DNA from: Lingula anatina
Lineage: Eukaryota > Animalia > Brachiopoda
Length of the DNA stretch: 64,000 nt
Assembly: GCA_051362555.1 (NCBI GenBank)
Contig: CM120648.1
Location: 1,527,721-1,591,720, forward strand
Direction: 5' to 3'
Each line of letters begins with the position of its first letter. Position 1 is the stretch's first letter. The notes beneath the pieces are model-generated. The model saw only the letters and a program-made list of their open reading frames with translations, was not told the origin of the DNA and ran no database searches. Below, piece after piece: positions 23,776 to 37,282 of the stretch. The position numbers and the translations under genes were made by a program.

Positions 23776-23838
23776 TGTGAGTGTCTGTGACATTCTGGGG
23801 AATGTCTGTGACATTCTGTGAGTGTCTGTGACATTCTG
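23776..23838. repeat. 21-bp tandem repeat x3 in the PTPN11 3'UTR
   Basis: tgtgagtgtctgtgacattct repeated three times. Confidence 0.85.
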
Positions 23839-26776
23839 AAGAGGTCTGATTATTAACTTAAAAAGTAATGTTAGATATTTTAAAGTAAGACATGACATAC
23901 AATCAACAAATCACAAATGGATTTGGCTTGAAACTGACACCGAAGAGGATGGTGATTTCACTTCAATTCATGTACAAGCTCAGCTATAAGTTTTTTTTTT
24001 CCTGAATTGGCTTCTTGCTTGCCAGTTAAGTTGTCTATTTTAAGTGACTGTAGGTTATTTAAACATGTACATTGTCATATTGTTTAGTTCATGGGGAAGT
24101 AAAATTAATTGTAGTCCTCCTGAGATTGATTATGGGGTAGACATTTTGTACTTGACAAACAAAATGGCAGTTTTTTCAGCTAGGTCTGATTTTTTGTTAT
24201 GAATTAGAAATGCAAGGTTAACAAAAAGTTTATTAAATATGAGGATTGATTTCGATTTGAAACTTTTTAGTGACTCTTTTTGTGGTCCACATCCCAGTCG
24301 CTGATACCCATCACTTGACATTTGGTACAGAAGTTTTTGATAGAATTTTTGATAGAATATATATATATATATCCACACAGCATACAACATAATATTACAA
24401 TACCTACCTAAACTAAAACTTGTAAAGCAAAAATAAATAATTGAATTTTCCTTTAAATTTTATTTTTTGCCTTTTAATAAAAATTACAAATTTGAGAGTA
24501 ATTTATACTTTTCAAATTTGGTTAGAAAATCGTGATGATTTCAGACTCCTGATATCTGATTCTCCTGTTGTGAATTTCATTTCTGTTACAAGAATGACTC
24601 AAAAATTTGAAACTAGTATTTAGATATTAGAAATTTCAAAGATGAGTGAATAGATCGTATTTTGGTGTACTACCATGGTAATAAGGGAAAAGTGTTAAAA
24701 GTTTCTGGTTACACACTTTTTTGTTCTTGTCAAAATAGCTAATTTTCTCTAAACTGAAGATGAAAAGTAGCACTGAACATTTTAAAGCCATATTTGACCT
24801 AGTTATATTTTTATGAGATCACATGAGAACAAATGTCATCCGTCATAACGTCCCAGTATGTAATGAATTTAAGTTAAACTTGAACGTGCAGTGTTTGCAG
24901 CTTAATAGCAGTTTAGAATCCCATATAGTCACTTGTTAGAGCAAAAACTATATTCTGTATTATGTATATTAGTTCATGCAGGCATGTCAGAGAATTGCAG
25001 CATAACATATAGAGGGATCAGTTTTTTATCTGGTCGCAAATTAGGTTGTATTTATTTCTCTCTTGTCAACATGATAATAATGTTTTGATTTTCCCTACAG
25101 AAATTATCCGGTATACATAAGCACATATTCCTAAGAATCCTCGAGTGAAAGTGCTGCATCATGGTGTCTTCCGCTTTTCAGGGCATACAGATATACTGCA
25201 GTTCTTTTGTTAAGAATCAAGAGTCCCTTTGTTTTATCCACATTGTCTAAAGCCAACTAATCTCTTTTGCAGCTTGGATATCGTAGAGTTAATTTGAATT
25301 CGAAAAGTTGCTGTTTGAAGTTAACAAACATGTAAACTAAGTTTTTTGAGGATATTGTAACAAATAATTTCAGAGTTTCCTAGCAGGGTTCACCCAGACA
25401 CTTATAACATTATGCACATAATGATTTCACTGCTTTTAAATATCTGCCTCAAACACAGTTGCCTGCTCTCATTTTCATGATAGGTCTATGAATAACTGGC
25501 ACCTTGTTTTGGTCATTAAATTGTATCACCATTGACAACTGTTGCTATGGTAATGGTATCCATGGTGTTTTGGTTGTGTATTACTGTTGTCTAAGCTGAA
25601 CCCATCTAGTCAAGGAATGATCTCTTAGAGGAATACAGTACATGTTATATCTTTATACAGCTAAAACAAAGCATGGCATTGCCAACAATTTACTCTTTGC
25701 CACCAAGATATATCCTATACAAAACTGTTAAGAATATTACGATATGCCAACCCCTTTTTTGTTTTCTGTAATTTGTTATTACAATTATGGGTGAAATTAT
25801 GTAAATTGGGTAAAATGAAATAAAAAAGGGTTCGTAATTTGTAAATTTTCCAAATTTGTAAGTTTAGTTTAGGATAGGGTGTACCATTCTAATGTGGAAA
25901 ATGTTGAAATGTCCTGAAAAATGATAGACTTGTTGCATAAGAAGTTTGTGTAGAAATATGTATCACCAAGGCGATATGTTTTGTAAACAGTAGATTGTCA
26001 TTTATAAAACGACTTGTAAACTTTCAGATACAAAATAAAAACACATCTCTTAGTTTCGTGAAGTTAGCAAAAAATGAATGACGGTAAATTACTTTTGTAT
26101 AGTAAAGTCACCCACTGCACACTCGATATAATTAAGTTATTTGCATGATACCGTGGCAAAACGTATACGCTAGGCCAGTTACATTATGTATCGGCTTGAG
26201 AATCAATGAATGATGATAATAAAGCTATTTTCTATGAAAAGATTTCAGTGTCGTTTAAGAATAATGGATCTTGTTTTTTTTTCATCGTGTTCGGTGTAAA
26301 GATGGTCAAAAGTATATCGATTCTGAAGGGACTACGCGTGTTAACCGTTTTACCTGTGATGAGTCGTTCACTTGTTCAAAGGTAAGGAAGAAAGGTCGAG
26401 ATGTACTTCTTTATGTATTTCTTCAGAAACCATGTACTGTTTTACAAACAAATTGTCATTGTTCATCTCTCGCGTTACTGAGATTAAAGAGATAAAACTG
26501 AAGACAGTTGTAGTGACGGGTTTGATATCCTGGCGTATTTTTTAAGGCTAAAATCCAGGCTGTTATTAGTCCAGAATTGCATTGAAAAAATGAGCAGTGA
26601 TATTCAAACATTTAAGGTGTCTATTTAATTACGCGTGACATAAGTTCTTTACTAAAGTTTCATATGAAGTGAGCGTGGATTGCATTGAATTCTTACAGTT
26701 TTCAAGCACTTCGTCGTATTCTAGGATATCAACAGGGTTATCAACCATTACGTGGTTGAGCATGGATAAAAAAGAA

Positions 26777-28398
26777 AACAAGGCAGCAAAGCTGTCAAAT
26801 GTACAGACAAAGAACAGAAAATAAAGATGCAAATAAGTGAAAAATTAAATTTTCACAAAAAACTGTTAAATTGCCAGAAAAATTTACCAAACAGACTGCG
26901 TTGCCTATTGAAGCTGTATGTTAGACCCATGTTTCTTTCCTGTAAGTTTGAGAACAGTAAGTGACATGATTTCCCTTAAATGGTCATCATAGGAGCAGTG
27001 CCCAAAACGGGTTTCTTCAAATTTTGATGCAACATTACATAATGTTTAACAGCATAATGACAATCAAATGTTATTAATAAAATATTAGTAACATGGACAT
27101 TCAGAAAATGTGACAAGCAAAAGTCTTCAAGATCATGGAACTTTAAAGTCACACCTTGAAAATGCCAATATGTGAAAAATTAAATTTTCACAAAAAACTG
27201 TTTAACTGCCAAAAAAAAAAAAATAAATAAATAAATAAAAATACCAAACAGACTGCATTGCCTACTGAAGCTGTATTTTAGTCCCATGTTTCATTCCTGT
27301 AAGTTTGAGAACAGTAAGTGACATGATTTTCCTTAAATGGTCATCATGGAAGCAGTGCCCAAAATAGGAGTTTCTTCAAATTTTGATGCAATATTACATA
27401 ATGTTTAACAGCTTAATGACCATCAATTTTTAATTATAAAATATTTGTTTCACAGATATTCAGAAAATGTGACTAGCAAAGGTCTTCATGACCATGGAAC
27501 TTCAAAGTCATGCCTTGAAAATGCCAAAATGTAAACAAGACAGCACTGTTCTGAAATGGGTTTATTTCCATTTTTAACACTTTTTTAACATAAAACAAAA
27601 TAAACATTTTACTGCCATTTTATATGACCAACTAAGAAAATTGATGAGATGGGAAAAGTATCAATAGAACAGTGTTAAATGTCCAATTTCCTCCATTCTG
27701 AGATTCTGAACATAGTGGATGATTGAATCTGACAAACTGCAATGATATGAGTTTATTTCCATTTTTGACACTTTATTACACAATACATGATAACAAGTTT
27801 ACCATGTTTTTTACATAATCAACTAACAATGTTGTAAAGATGCAGGAAATATCAAACAAACACTTTTAGGCATCTTATTAGTTAAATAATGAGACTGTTA
27901 ACATGCCTAATAATTGAATCTGAGGAAATGTGAAAAACAGTAAAACTTCTAAAATAATGGCCCGATTATGCTGATTTTCGAACTCAACCTGCGTTTTAGT
28001 AAGATTGACCACTCCTGTGAGTATAATTACAATTGGCCAAGCCGTTTTTCTTATATTGTGTTATCAGTGTTGTATTTATATTGAAAATAGTGAAAAAACA
28101 GCATAAATTCCCTAAAAATGGCCCAATCAAGCTGATTTTCGAACTTGACCTGCGTATTATGAATATTCATCAGTTCTGTAAGTTTCAAGTCAAAAGGTAA
28201 AATGGTTTTCCACTTATCGTGTTATCGGTGCTGCATATATGCTGAAAAAAGTGAAAAAACAGCATAAATTCCCTAAAAGTGACCCGATCATGCTGATTTT
28301 CGAACTTGACCTGCGTATTATGAATATTCATCAGTTCTGCAAGTTTCAAGTCAAAAGGTAAAATGGTTTTCCACTTATCGTGTTATCGGTAAAAGTGC

Positions 28399-28430
<32 letters not shown>

Positions 28431-28482
28431 AGACGCAGATGATGGCTATATGTACAGACACATCTGTGTCTGTACATAAAAA
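26777..28482 (-). mobile_element. Non-autonomous Helentron-type element with internal tandem-repeat arrays
   Basis: 5' end (minus strand): TTTTT, hairpin tgtacagacac-atct-gtgtctgtaca and a (GTCGTCGCC)n microsatellite. 3' end: subTIR atgtacagac, hairpin gacagc-tttt-gctgcc-like and TTGTTTT. Internal ~340-bp x2 (26836-27530) and ~161-bp x3 (27930-28390) repeats. Confidence 0.75.
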
Positions 28483-29525
28483 GACAAAAAAGTGATAATA
28501 AAGCCATTTTAATGGTGGGAAGTTTGGGAAACGTTACAAAAAGTATCCACTTATCTCCCCTTCCATTTAACAATTCTAAAGGAGCAAATATATATTAATG
28601 ATAACCTTCAATAAAAATGGGTAATTACATACTCTTTAGCAACAAGACATTACAATAAAATGCTTGGTCGTATTGGTCATGTTTTCGGCTTGACGATATG
28701 ATGCAAATTCATAAAATATATATAATGTTTGGCACAATAAAATATCTGGAAACAGTTCAAAACACAACTTAATAAGATATAATTCGTTTTCAGTTGAAGA
28801 ACAATCTCATTTCTTTCCATTTTTACAGTTTCATGGACACCGTCTCTCTGATATTGCCCATCGAATAACAGCAAAGGTCTTTCATTGTGGTACTACGACG
28901 AAAAAGCAGATCGTTTCTGTAAAGACTTCACATGCAACGTCCTTTGATGAACGGTTCCAAATGCCATGGGTTAACATTCAAAGAAGCGTTTAGTCTCATT
29001 AAAAACGATGTACTTTTCCACCAACAGCAAAGATGTCATAAAATCCTTGTAGAGTTAAGTTCACGCCAGGCATCTTTATCCCGGCTTCTGTTTGGAATGT
29101 TAAGTTATTTCGGAACGTTAGTGCTACATGTGAAGTCGTGTTTCCCCATATTAATGGTTCCTTGTTCGTCCTTCCTTGTTTGCCTCTCCTGTCTCTTTAT
29201 AATCATCCTTTTGTCTAATGTTCGGAATATCTCAGCGGAATACCACAATAACTGATGTCACAACCAATCAAATCGATCCACAACTGATGTGCTCTTTTTT
29301 CATGTTTGCATTAAAATCCAATTTTTTATCTAATAAGACGAATGCAAGGCGAAAGTGAAGGATATATCCAGACTGGAGTACTGTCTCGTACTTTGGCAAA
29401 ATGCTCTTGCCTCAATCCAAATGAAATTAGTACTCAAAATGATATGAGTTCAAAACATTGTCTGAAAACTCTGTGTGTGTTATCTGGCTAATGTCACGTG
29501 GTGTTTCTGCTGGTCTGAACCAGAA

Positions 29526-29526
<1 letters not shown>

Positions 29527-29563
<37 letters not shown>

Positions 29564-29740
29564 TAACTTTAGAATACACCATGGTCTCTCTCTCTCCTTG
29601 TCTTTTATCACTCCTGTCCCTTCCACCCACTTTTTTTATTTCTCTCATTCTCTCCTTTCCTCTTTCCGCTCTCGCTATCTCTCTTTACTTCTCTCTCTTT
29701 CCATTCTTCTCTCTTCCTCCTCTCCACCTCTCTCTCTCTC
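29527..29740. repeat. (CT)n-rich low-complexity tract
   Basis: Perfect (CT)n at 29527-29557 and degenerate CT/TTC tracts to ~29740. Confidence 0.9.
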
Positions 29741-29839
29741 GTTTGATCACATGGACACTTTTCTCGCCTATTACATGTTCCACAAGCTTTTATCAACATC
29801 CAGAGATACTTCACACATATAGCGCACCTTGCAATCATG

Positions 29840-30000
29840 CTACATGTACCATGTGCAACATTTCATCACAAATGACGGATCACAAGACCAATAACAGTCT
29901 TGAACACATGGATTAAGGGCCACGAAACAAATGGAGTCACCACGCACGCTGCCACAGATAAAAATAACCACTACGATGTATTCACCCTTGGCCATGCCAA
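29840..30000 (-). CDS. Mosaic lectin terminal exon (hydrophobic/TM-like; possible frameshift)
   Basis: Acceptor ttgattcag|; reads VGMAKGEYIVVVIFICGSV... as assembled. Removing one base in the A5 run at 29960-64 gives YIVVVILSVAACVVTPFVSWPLI...RHL* (stop at 29866). Confidence 0.55.
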
Positions 30001-31072
30001 CTGAATCAAAAGCAATGCAAGCGTTAAACATCCAAACTAAAAGTAGCACAAATAAAGATGCATGAGATTATCAGTATAAAACTTAGGAATTGTCCAATAA
30101 ATATTCAGGTGAAATCAAATAAGGCAAACTGATTTTCCAGATTTGTGCAATATTTTGAAGAAAAAACACACTGCTCTCACATAACTAACTAAGGGCAAAG
30201 CTACTGAATATAACAATACCTACCGTACTCGTTGGCGCCGTTCATCATTAAGGGGTTTAAATACAATGTAATATCTGGACAATTTCTCCTCTACCTACCA
30301 GTGCCTTCCACTGGATACGACCTTCGTTCTATTTGAGCAAGTTCTTAAATTTTTGCACCATTTTAAGCCACAAAGGCCTAAACGCAGTAACGAGAAATGA
30401 TTTTGCAGGAGATGGAACTTTATGTTACGTTCCTAGCTTTCGAGACCTTATGCAATTTATTTCATTTTTCAAAAAGTGTGAATGAGATTTATTTCAAATC
30501 ACACAAATAATACGAACGGTCTCTTTATACTTCTTACCACAGTTTTCCGCATACCCTTTTATTTTATTTTATCAGAAAGGGAAAACCGGGATTTTTTTCA
30601 ATACAAAATGACATAGGAAAACCCTCCTTACCACAGTTTTCCACACTGCCTTCCCACTGCCCCTGTAAATTACAGAACAGGGTCTGTGTGGTGGCTCCGG
30701 CCGATACCGCGTACCCAGCGTCACAGGTGAACGTCCAGGTGCGGTTGTTGAAGACAGCGGTGGCATTGGCGACATCTGGCGGCGCACTGCACAATCTCTC
30801 TGGATAAACAACGTGTATGAAAAACATGTACATTTTATTAACCGATTTGTTGATAATTCATAGGACTATCTCAACTGACCAAAGTTCCCATAATGACGAG
30901 GAACGTAACTGTGAAAAAATCGAGTTCAGGCGCTGCATAGTCTCTATGCACTACACAGTATCAATATTATCATTATTATTTGATGCTAGTGGATTCGTTC
31001 ACCCTCGGGTGATTCCGTGTCGGATCGAAAAACGGAATCGGCCGAGGTGTTCCGAGAGAGTAATATTGGGTA

Positions 31073-31124
<52 letters not shown>

Positions 31125-34100
31125 GAATAAAAGCCGTGACGAAGCAGTGTTTGGAGGACAAGGTGTGCCCGAAAGGAGCTTAACCCAGTTTCAATGAAAT
31201 AAAATTACCTTGGCACTCAGTATGAGATAAAGATGACCACGCCCCCGTTTCCTGGCAACGGATCTGCTGGACATCGCTACTGTCTGGGTACAGGAAACCA
31301 TAGAAGCAACGGTAAGTGGCAGTGCTATCTAAGAAATTCCCGGTATCTGTTCTTGTCGCGTTGGCCACAGAGGGTAGAGCTCCGTTGCAAATTATGCCTG
31401 TTCATAAGAAAAAAAGCAATGAATTTCAGTCCAGCAAAAAGTGAATTTTCGTAGACGACAAAAGAATGTCCATTTTCAACGCTTGATTTAAAGATTTAAT
31501 TTTTGAACTACATACAAAACTTGCACAGAAAGAAGAGCTGTGATAGAGAGCACACGATGTTTAATTAGTAAATGCCACAAACATCCACACGGTAAGGCGT
31601 TTTCTTTAGAGATTGTGGCAATGTACATATAATTTCCTGACTAGAAAAAAGTTGGGTTGCTTAGTTTGTTGTGACGTACGTTCGCATCCCTGGGCAGGGA
31701 TATCCCCTTCCCATTGCTTCTGAACACATCTCAAGACGTCTGTTTCATTGGTTCCTGAGGGCAGCCGGTATCCTGGGAGGCACGAGTATTTTGCAACGTC
31801 CCCATGGGAACGTTCTGTCGTATTCAGGGCCATATTGGATTTTTGTGGTAGCTCCGGGCACTTTACACCTGTCAAAGGTAAATGTATGCTCTTTATCGTG
31901 TGTTCATTTCTGGTTTATATATGCAAGCTCTGATTAAATTACGCATTTCCTACAAACGCAACTCAAAGTCACAGTTGCATGAATATGTCATTCCACATTC
32001 GTTGCCTTTACTCATGTACGTTCTTGCACTTTTTGCAAATACACTGCGTTATAAATACTTTGAAATTGAATCTATCTTGCAATGTCTGACTGTATTTGTG
32101 CGGTAATTTTTGTTTAAGGCCTATGTTCTACTTACTCCACACTCTGAAGACTGAATTGAACAATTCCCCGCCGCACGCGTCTCGTGGGTTCCCGGTGCAC
32201 GCGATATCGCACATCCCTTTGCGTGCCTTCCCGTATTTTCCGATCTGGTTCCCGCACCCGCATACAGTCCCTGAGATAAAAAAATAATGATAATGACAAT
32301 GACGATTATCAACTTGCGCCCCACCCCCCTTTAAACAACCCCCTGATCCACCAGTGGATGTCATACTTACCGTTGGTGACAGCAGCGAACAGGTAGCCAC
32401 CCTGTGCACAAAGCTCACGGCATTCTGACGTCAACGTGATACCGGAAGACAGGATAGTCGGGAATTCTGGGTGATCTGGGTCATCCAGGAAACACCCTAC
32501 GTCCACAACAGTTTCTAGGTAAGATTGAAAAAAAATCAAATGAAGATTACTGGAATCTACAAAAAGCAATGTGTTGAAAACAATGTTCATTACAGTAATG
32601 ATGGAAGATAGATTCATAAGGCAAATAATGCTGATTGATTGATTAAAATTATAACATTTGAAAATGAAATAGGCCCCTACTGGCCTGCGTTGGTATTAAA
32701 ATAGGCTGATACAAACCTTGATGAACGACTGTTTTCTTACCTGAAAATGTGTCAAACTGGCAGCCGCTTACGTCAAGTCTCATGACACATCCGGTTCCTA
32801 GACAGCTTCCTGTTTCCGGCACAACTCGGATATCTGTGGCCACAAATGGGTCCTGAACTTCACTGTACGCAGGGGTGTTGAAATCGGTATTCGTTGGCCC
32901 TCTGGCGTCAAACTTAAAGATCGGAATTTGAAAATATTTAAAAGCGAATAAAAATTACAGATAAATGGATAAGCAAATAAAAAAGATATTGCAACAAAAA
33001 TCCCTCTGCCACTTATTTCATGTACTGAACGTTTCACGCGTCTTTGCATCGCTTTGATCTCTAATAAACAATCACATAAGTCCGAAGATTGTCATAAACA
33101 TGTCTACACAAAACCCGTAATGAGCTAACTTTAGATGAGTTCTAATCACGTGGTCACACGTCAAACAATACGACATTAAAGGTAACGCACGTTAGTACAC
33201 ATATATGTCACGCATAATGGATCTACTTTATAAGTGTGTACAAAAAAGACGCCAACACATAATGATACGCAATCAAGGTACGATAAAACAAACACACCAA
33301 CACAAATTTTCACTCTCGACTTTCCATTATTTGGCAAAAGCAAAAATATTCAGTAAAGCTGACATAAATCTTACCACATCTTCATAGGAATTATTTCTGT
33401 ATAATCTCCATTCACCACCAATGCTTGTATCTCTGTACTGCACTGTGAAGTTCTGCACTCTTTCTAATTGACCAATATCATTACGACCTGTGAGAGATGA
33501 AAATATATTTTTAAAATGTGGAGGGTGCAGGTCCTGTGATTTCACAACACTTTTTTTAAAAGACACAAACTCAAACTACCGAATTCTGCCCCGTATGTAT
33601 CACACTGGCCAATCATATGACGTGTCCAAAACGTTTCTCAGCGCCAGTTCAATGGCTTATTAAATGGTCAATGAACCAATGGTCGTATTGGTTAAGTTAT
33701 CGTACATTCATGAACAGACTTAATGATTAGCCCATTAATTATTTTCTTAAACAATTATCATATACGATAAAAATAAAATACAGTCCACCCCGGCAGTCAT
33801 ATAGTGTAAAGCATACCTTGTGTCTTGAAGCCAGTGACTATATACCGGTTTGGCAAGGAAAGTTGAACCCAAGAGCCGTTAGTGTCAGTACTCACGTTAG
33901 GACCCCATCCACTCTCACCATATAGTCTGGAGTGGTGCAGGTATAATTTATTATTATTATTATTATTATTATTGTTATTATTATTATTATCAATTATATA
34001 TAATCAGTGTATTTTCACTTAACTATTATAGTCTGGATACATGTATGTTAACCGCCTTAAAGAACAGCTATATTGCTTTTTTTAAAAATAAAAGTGACCA

Positions 34101-34645
34101 TATAGCCACTTTTATCAAAGGGAAAAATGCAAAGGAATAATCAGGGACCTGTTTTACAAAAAATACACAATTCTTAGGATTAGCTAATTAGACGTTGCAC
34201 TAGGATGGCTGACTACGGATACAACGTTTAATGAAGAATTAAACTAAACAGCAAAATGCAATTGAGATCCTTAATGAACGAATGTCATCGCCTAGAACAT
34301 TTAACATTGTGATGACAACCCCAATTTGCTGTAAGAGTTTAGGTTTTTAAAAAGGTGGTATGAATCTAACGAAATTGGGTTTTCCTTTAATCTATCCATC
34401 TGTTGAGTTATGTGTGAGCCATAACTAGTACCTTATGTCTGTATGCGAGAGGTTGCTTCTGCTGGATGATGCTGATATTGATGAGTCGCTGATCTGATAT
34501 ATCAGCCACTCGTTACACGGACCTGCAACGATATATGAAAAACAAGATCTGATAAATCAGCCAATCGTTACACGGACCTGCAACAATGTATGAAAAACAA
34601 GATCTGATAAATCAGCCATCCTTAAGCAAAACACACACACACGCA

Positions 34646-34677
<32 letters not shown>

Positions 34678-37250
34678 CACACACACAAATAGATCTATAT
34701 ATTTGATAGATTAATAGCACTTATAAAATGTGGTTACCTTGAAATAAAGACGTATTTATAAAAGAATTAATCTGCACCGTTAAGGACACAATAAAATAGG
34801 CTCATACACGTTTAAAACGCCAAAGGCATGGCGCGTGTTTGTCCATTTTAAACAAAGTTACATTTTCATTTAACAGTTTTCATAAAAAAATTGCATATTA
34901 AAATTGCATTTAAAATAAAAGGAACTGAGATGTTCAAACCGATGATCTCTTATGAAATAAACAAAATGAATAATTTAATAAGTAAATAAATAACGGATAA
35001 GAACAGATAAGTACACCTTATACAAAATGGCCACTCACTTGATGTAAAACACTCCACACGGATGTTTTTGTCTATTCCAGCCGCTGCCACCCAGTACTGA
35101 CCATACTCCCGGACACCGTTTTTGTACAGGACATCACAGGAACTGGCCACTACTGATATCCAAGCTGAAAGTGAAAGTGAAATCTGGTTCTTATATACTG
35201 CAAGTTGCACTACGTGTCAGCGCAGTTTACAATCAGGGGCGGATTCAGGCTGTCTTCTGGGTCTTCCGGAAGACGGTCAAATTTCAAAGTTTACGTTGAT
35301 GAGTACCTAATTTTTTTCTGTCGGAAGACGGTCAAAATATGGAGGATGGATCAACAAAGATAATGTGGAAGACTGTCAGAAAATATCTCTGGATCCGCCC
35401 CTGACAATGGACGTTGAGCCATATACATGTAACGCTCACTTACTCACAATATTTATCTGACCCCCATTTAGACTGGCTGTATTGAACCTCGACCCATTGG
35501 AACACTTTTTATTCCCGCACTTTTGAAACTAAAATCGGGGATAATCTTATCACACCCGTTCGTGCGTCCCTTGAGTCTGCACATCAGTGCGTTAAGGCGT
35601 TAGTGATTTCCGCTATCCCCTCCTTGACAATTACAGGTAAAAAAGTTGAAATTTAGGAGATTGATAGACCTATCATCAAGGATGCACATGGGCATTTCAG
35701 AATTTAAGTGTAACAGGGGGTTGGGCTGTCCCTGGGGGTGGTTGTTTCTGAATTCTTTTGACATTGGTTTTTCTGCTAACTCCTCCTAGGCCATTAGAGT
35801 GAGGAAGTCCAAATTTTGGGCATTGCCAGAACTGCCATTAAGGATTTGAAAACGCACAACAAAATAATTGCACGCAAGCATGCACGCACGCACTCACACA
35901 CACACACACACACGCACACACACGCGTTGGCACTTACTAACAAGATACATCGAAACATATCCATTGCCCCCGCAGAACTGGTGTTTGTTTCCAGGACATT
36001 TTGTATCACAGAGAGTGAAGTCGTTCTCCTTGTTAGCTTCAGTGACGGTCTGCGTGCAGTAACACTCCGAGGAGGACACACTGGCGTAGGCACGAGACAA
36101 GCCACGACAGTACTCGATACACTGCTGGAGGTTCATGTGTACGGGGCTGCTGAGGGTTGCCGCCAGACTGCTGTCCGTGCGATAACAGCCAAGGTAAGCT
36201 GAAATATACATTGTAGTGTTACCGCCGCCTATTGTACAAAGAGGGTTTTGCTTTCATCAGAAACGGTATGTCTGTTTATACATGTAGGTGGACACGATAT
36301 CTTAAAATAGTTCTCAAATGTTGATGGAATATTATAGTTTCAAAGCAGAACATTAAAACAAAATTTATATCATGCACTGAATGAGGCATCGGGTCACTAA
36401 TAACACCCAATTTGTATTGAAAATAATGTAGACAAAATAGGGACACGTTATTGTGTATGTTACCTCGACTTTGCTCACAGATGTTCCTCCTTCCTGTATA
36501 CGACCTACTGTCCCTTAAGCCAGCATTGGTTAAGCGAAAGTAAACTTTGTCTAAATCATCCGGTTCATTGCCGTTGAAAATATGATCTTTCAAAAGAGAT
36601 CCAGACAGCGGAACAGTTGCTTCCGTATACCATGGGTCAGTGATACCTGGAAAAGAAGTGCTAGAAATCAACAGGGTCTGGTTATTCAATGTCAGAGGCA
36701 TACATGTAACTGATAGTTTACAATATATACAGTAACTGATAGTTTACAATATATACAGAAACACAATTCATTCTTCAGCATCAAAGGAGAGATTAGTAAC
36801 ATTATATAACTCTAAGCCCTTATGTGGAGCTACAAATTACTGATGGTTAATATTAAATCATATTAATCAATTAGCATAAAATTTGTACTTACCGACCCAC
36901 CAGCGAGTATTTGTTGACAAACCAGATACATAGTCTCTCTCGTCAATTGTCTCAGGGACCCAAATGTAGCCTCCGAGTCTATGGCAATCATCATTCGCTG
37001 TCTCCCAATCTGTGAGAGTGGTGTTTAAGATGTAGCAGTGACCGTAGTAGCCATGTCCCCAGTCGCCATAGCACGGCGTTGACCACACAGGGATGACTAC
37101 AAAGTACCAATTTATGCAGGTCTATAGGAGTGGGTGGTACGGGGCGGGGTTTGGTCCAAACAAGTCGATCAACATTTTAAGAACAAAACTCTCTCAAATC
37201 CCCTGATTATCGTGCACTAACGGATCCCGGATTTTGCTAGTGTGTGTGCG

Positions 37251-37282
<32 letters not shown>

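Noticed and set aside
29427-29916. Several overlapping ORFs rich in L/S or R/E
   Set aside because: They arise from (CT)n low-complexity sequence.
30985-31075. Hairpin cctcgggtgattccg...cggaatcggccgagg, possibly a structured ncRNA
   Set aside because: More likely an internal palindrome of a small non-autonomous DNA element next to an (AAT)n tract; no RNA family features recognised and boundaries unclear.
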